In this document: positions 63,886 to 64,000 of the stretch, piece by piece
Numbering within the stretch: position 1 is the stretch's first letter
How the letters are laid out: every line of letters starts with the position of its first letter
Assembly: GCA_013265495.1 (NCBI GenBank)
Contig: MU058065.1
Coordinates: 2,643,003 to 2,707,002, forward strand
Length of the DNA stretch: 64,000 nt
Source of the DNA: Vicugna vicugna
Lineage: Eukaryota
Direction of reading: 5' to 3'
The notes under the pieces: model-generated
What the model was told of the DNA's origin: nothing
Databases searched by the model: none
What the model saw: only the letters and a program-made list of their open reading frames with translations
Program-made: the position numbers and the translations under genes

Positions 63886-64000
63886 TAGAAGCTGTTTTGT
63901 GAGGCTTAGTTTGGCTTCTTTTCAGGAAGCTTCCAGCATAGGAAGTATTAAAAAAAAAAGCCCCTTGTCAAAGATATGGCTGTCTCAAGACATATTCACA

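Overview
This is AT-rich, CpG-depleted mammalian (eutherian) genomic DNA, mostly non-coding. A large share is interspersed repeat: MIR, L2, HAL1, old L1M, MLT1/ERVL LTRs and MER5. The young L1 3' ends (...ACACCAGAAATTGACACAACATTGTAAACTGACTATACTTCAATAAAA) match what I recall as camelid-type, and I saw no Alu, B1, Bov-A/BovB, PRE1 or Can-SINE, so camel/alpaca/llama origin is likely (inference). None of the supplied single-exon ORFs is a credible gene; several are decayed L1 ORF2. The best coding signal is a set of short, phase-compatible minus-strand exon candidates near the right end (59425-59380 and 58028-57981, possibly also 63318-63260). They splice to ...LSFASSEDTDGMVDVIIDIVKDMTYGEVLL* and are followed by a plausible poly(A) site; I could not name the gene. 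Other notable items: candidate + strand exons, an 83-bp local duplication pasted into an LTR beside a hairpin, a foreign ~190-bp insert inside an L1, a twin-primed (inverted) L1, a cluster of ultra-short L1 insertions with TSDs, an unexplained CATTTTGAC array, and several motif-dense putative regulatory elements. No rRNA, tRNA, CRISPR or prokaryotic system is seen, and I cannot demonstrate a novel biological system from the sequence alone. Repeat boundaries and subfamily names are by-eye approximations from recalled consensus sequences.
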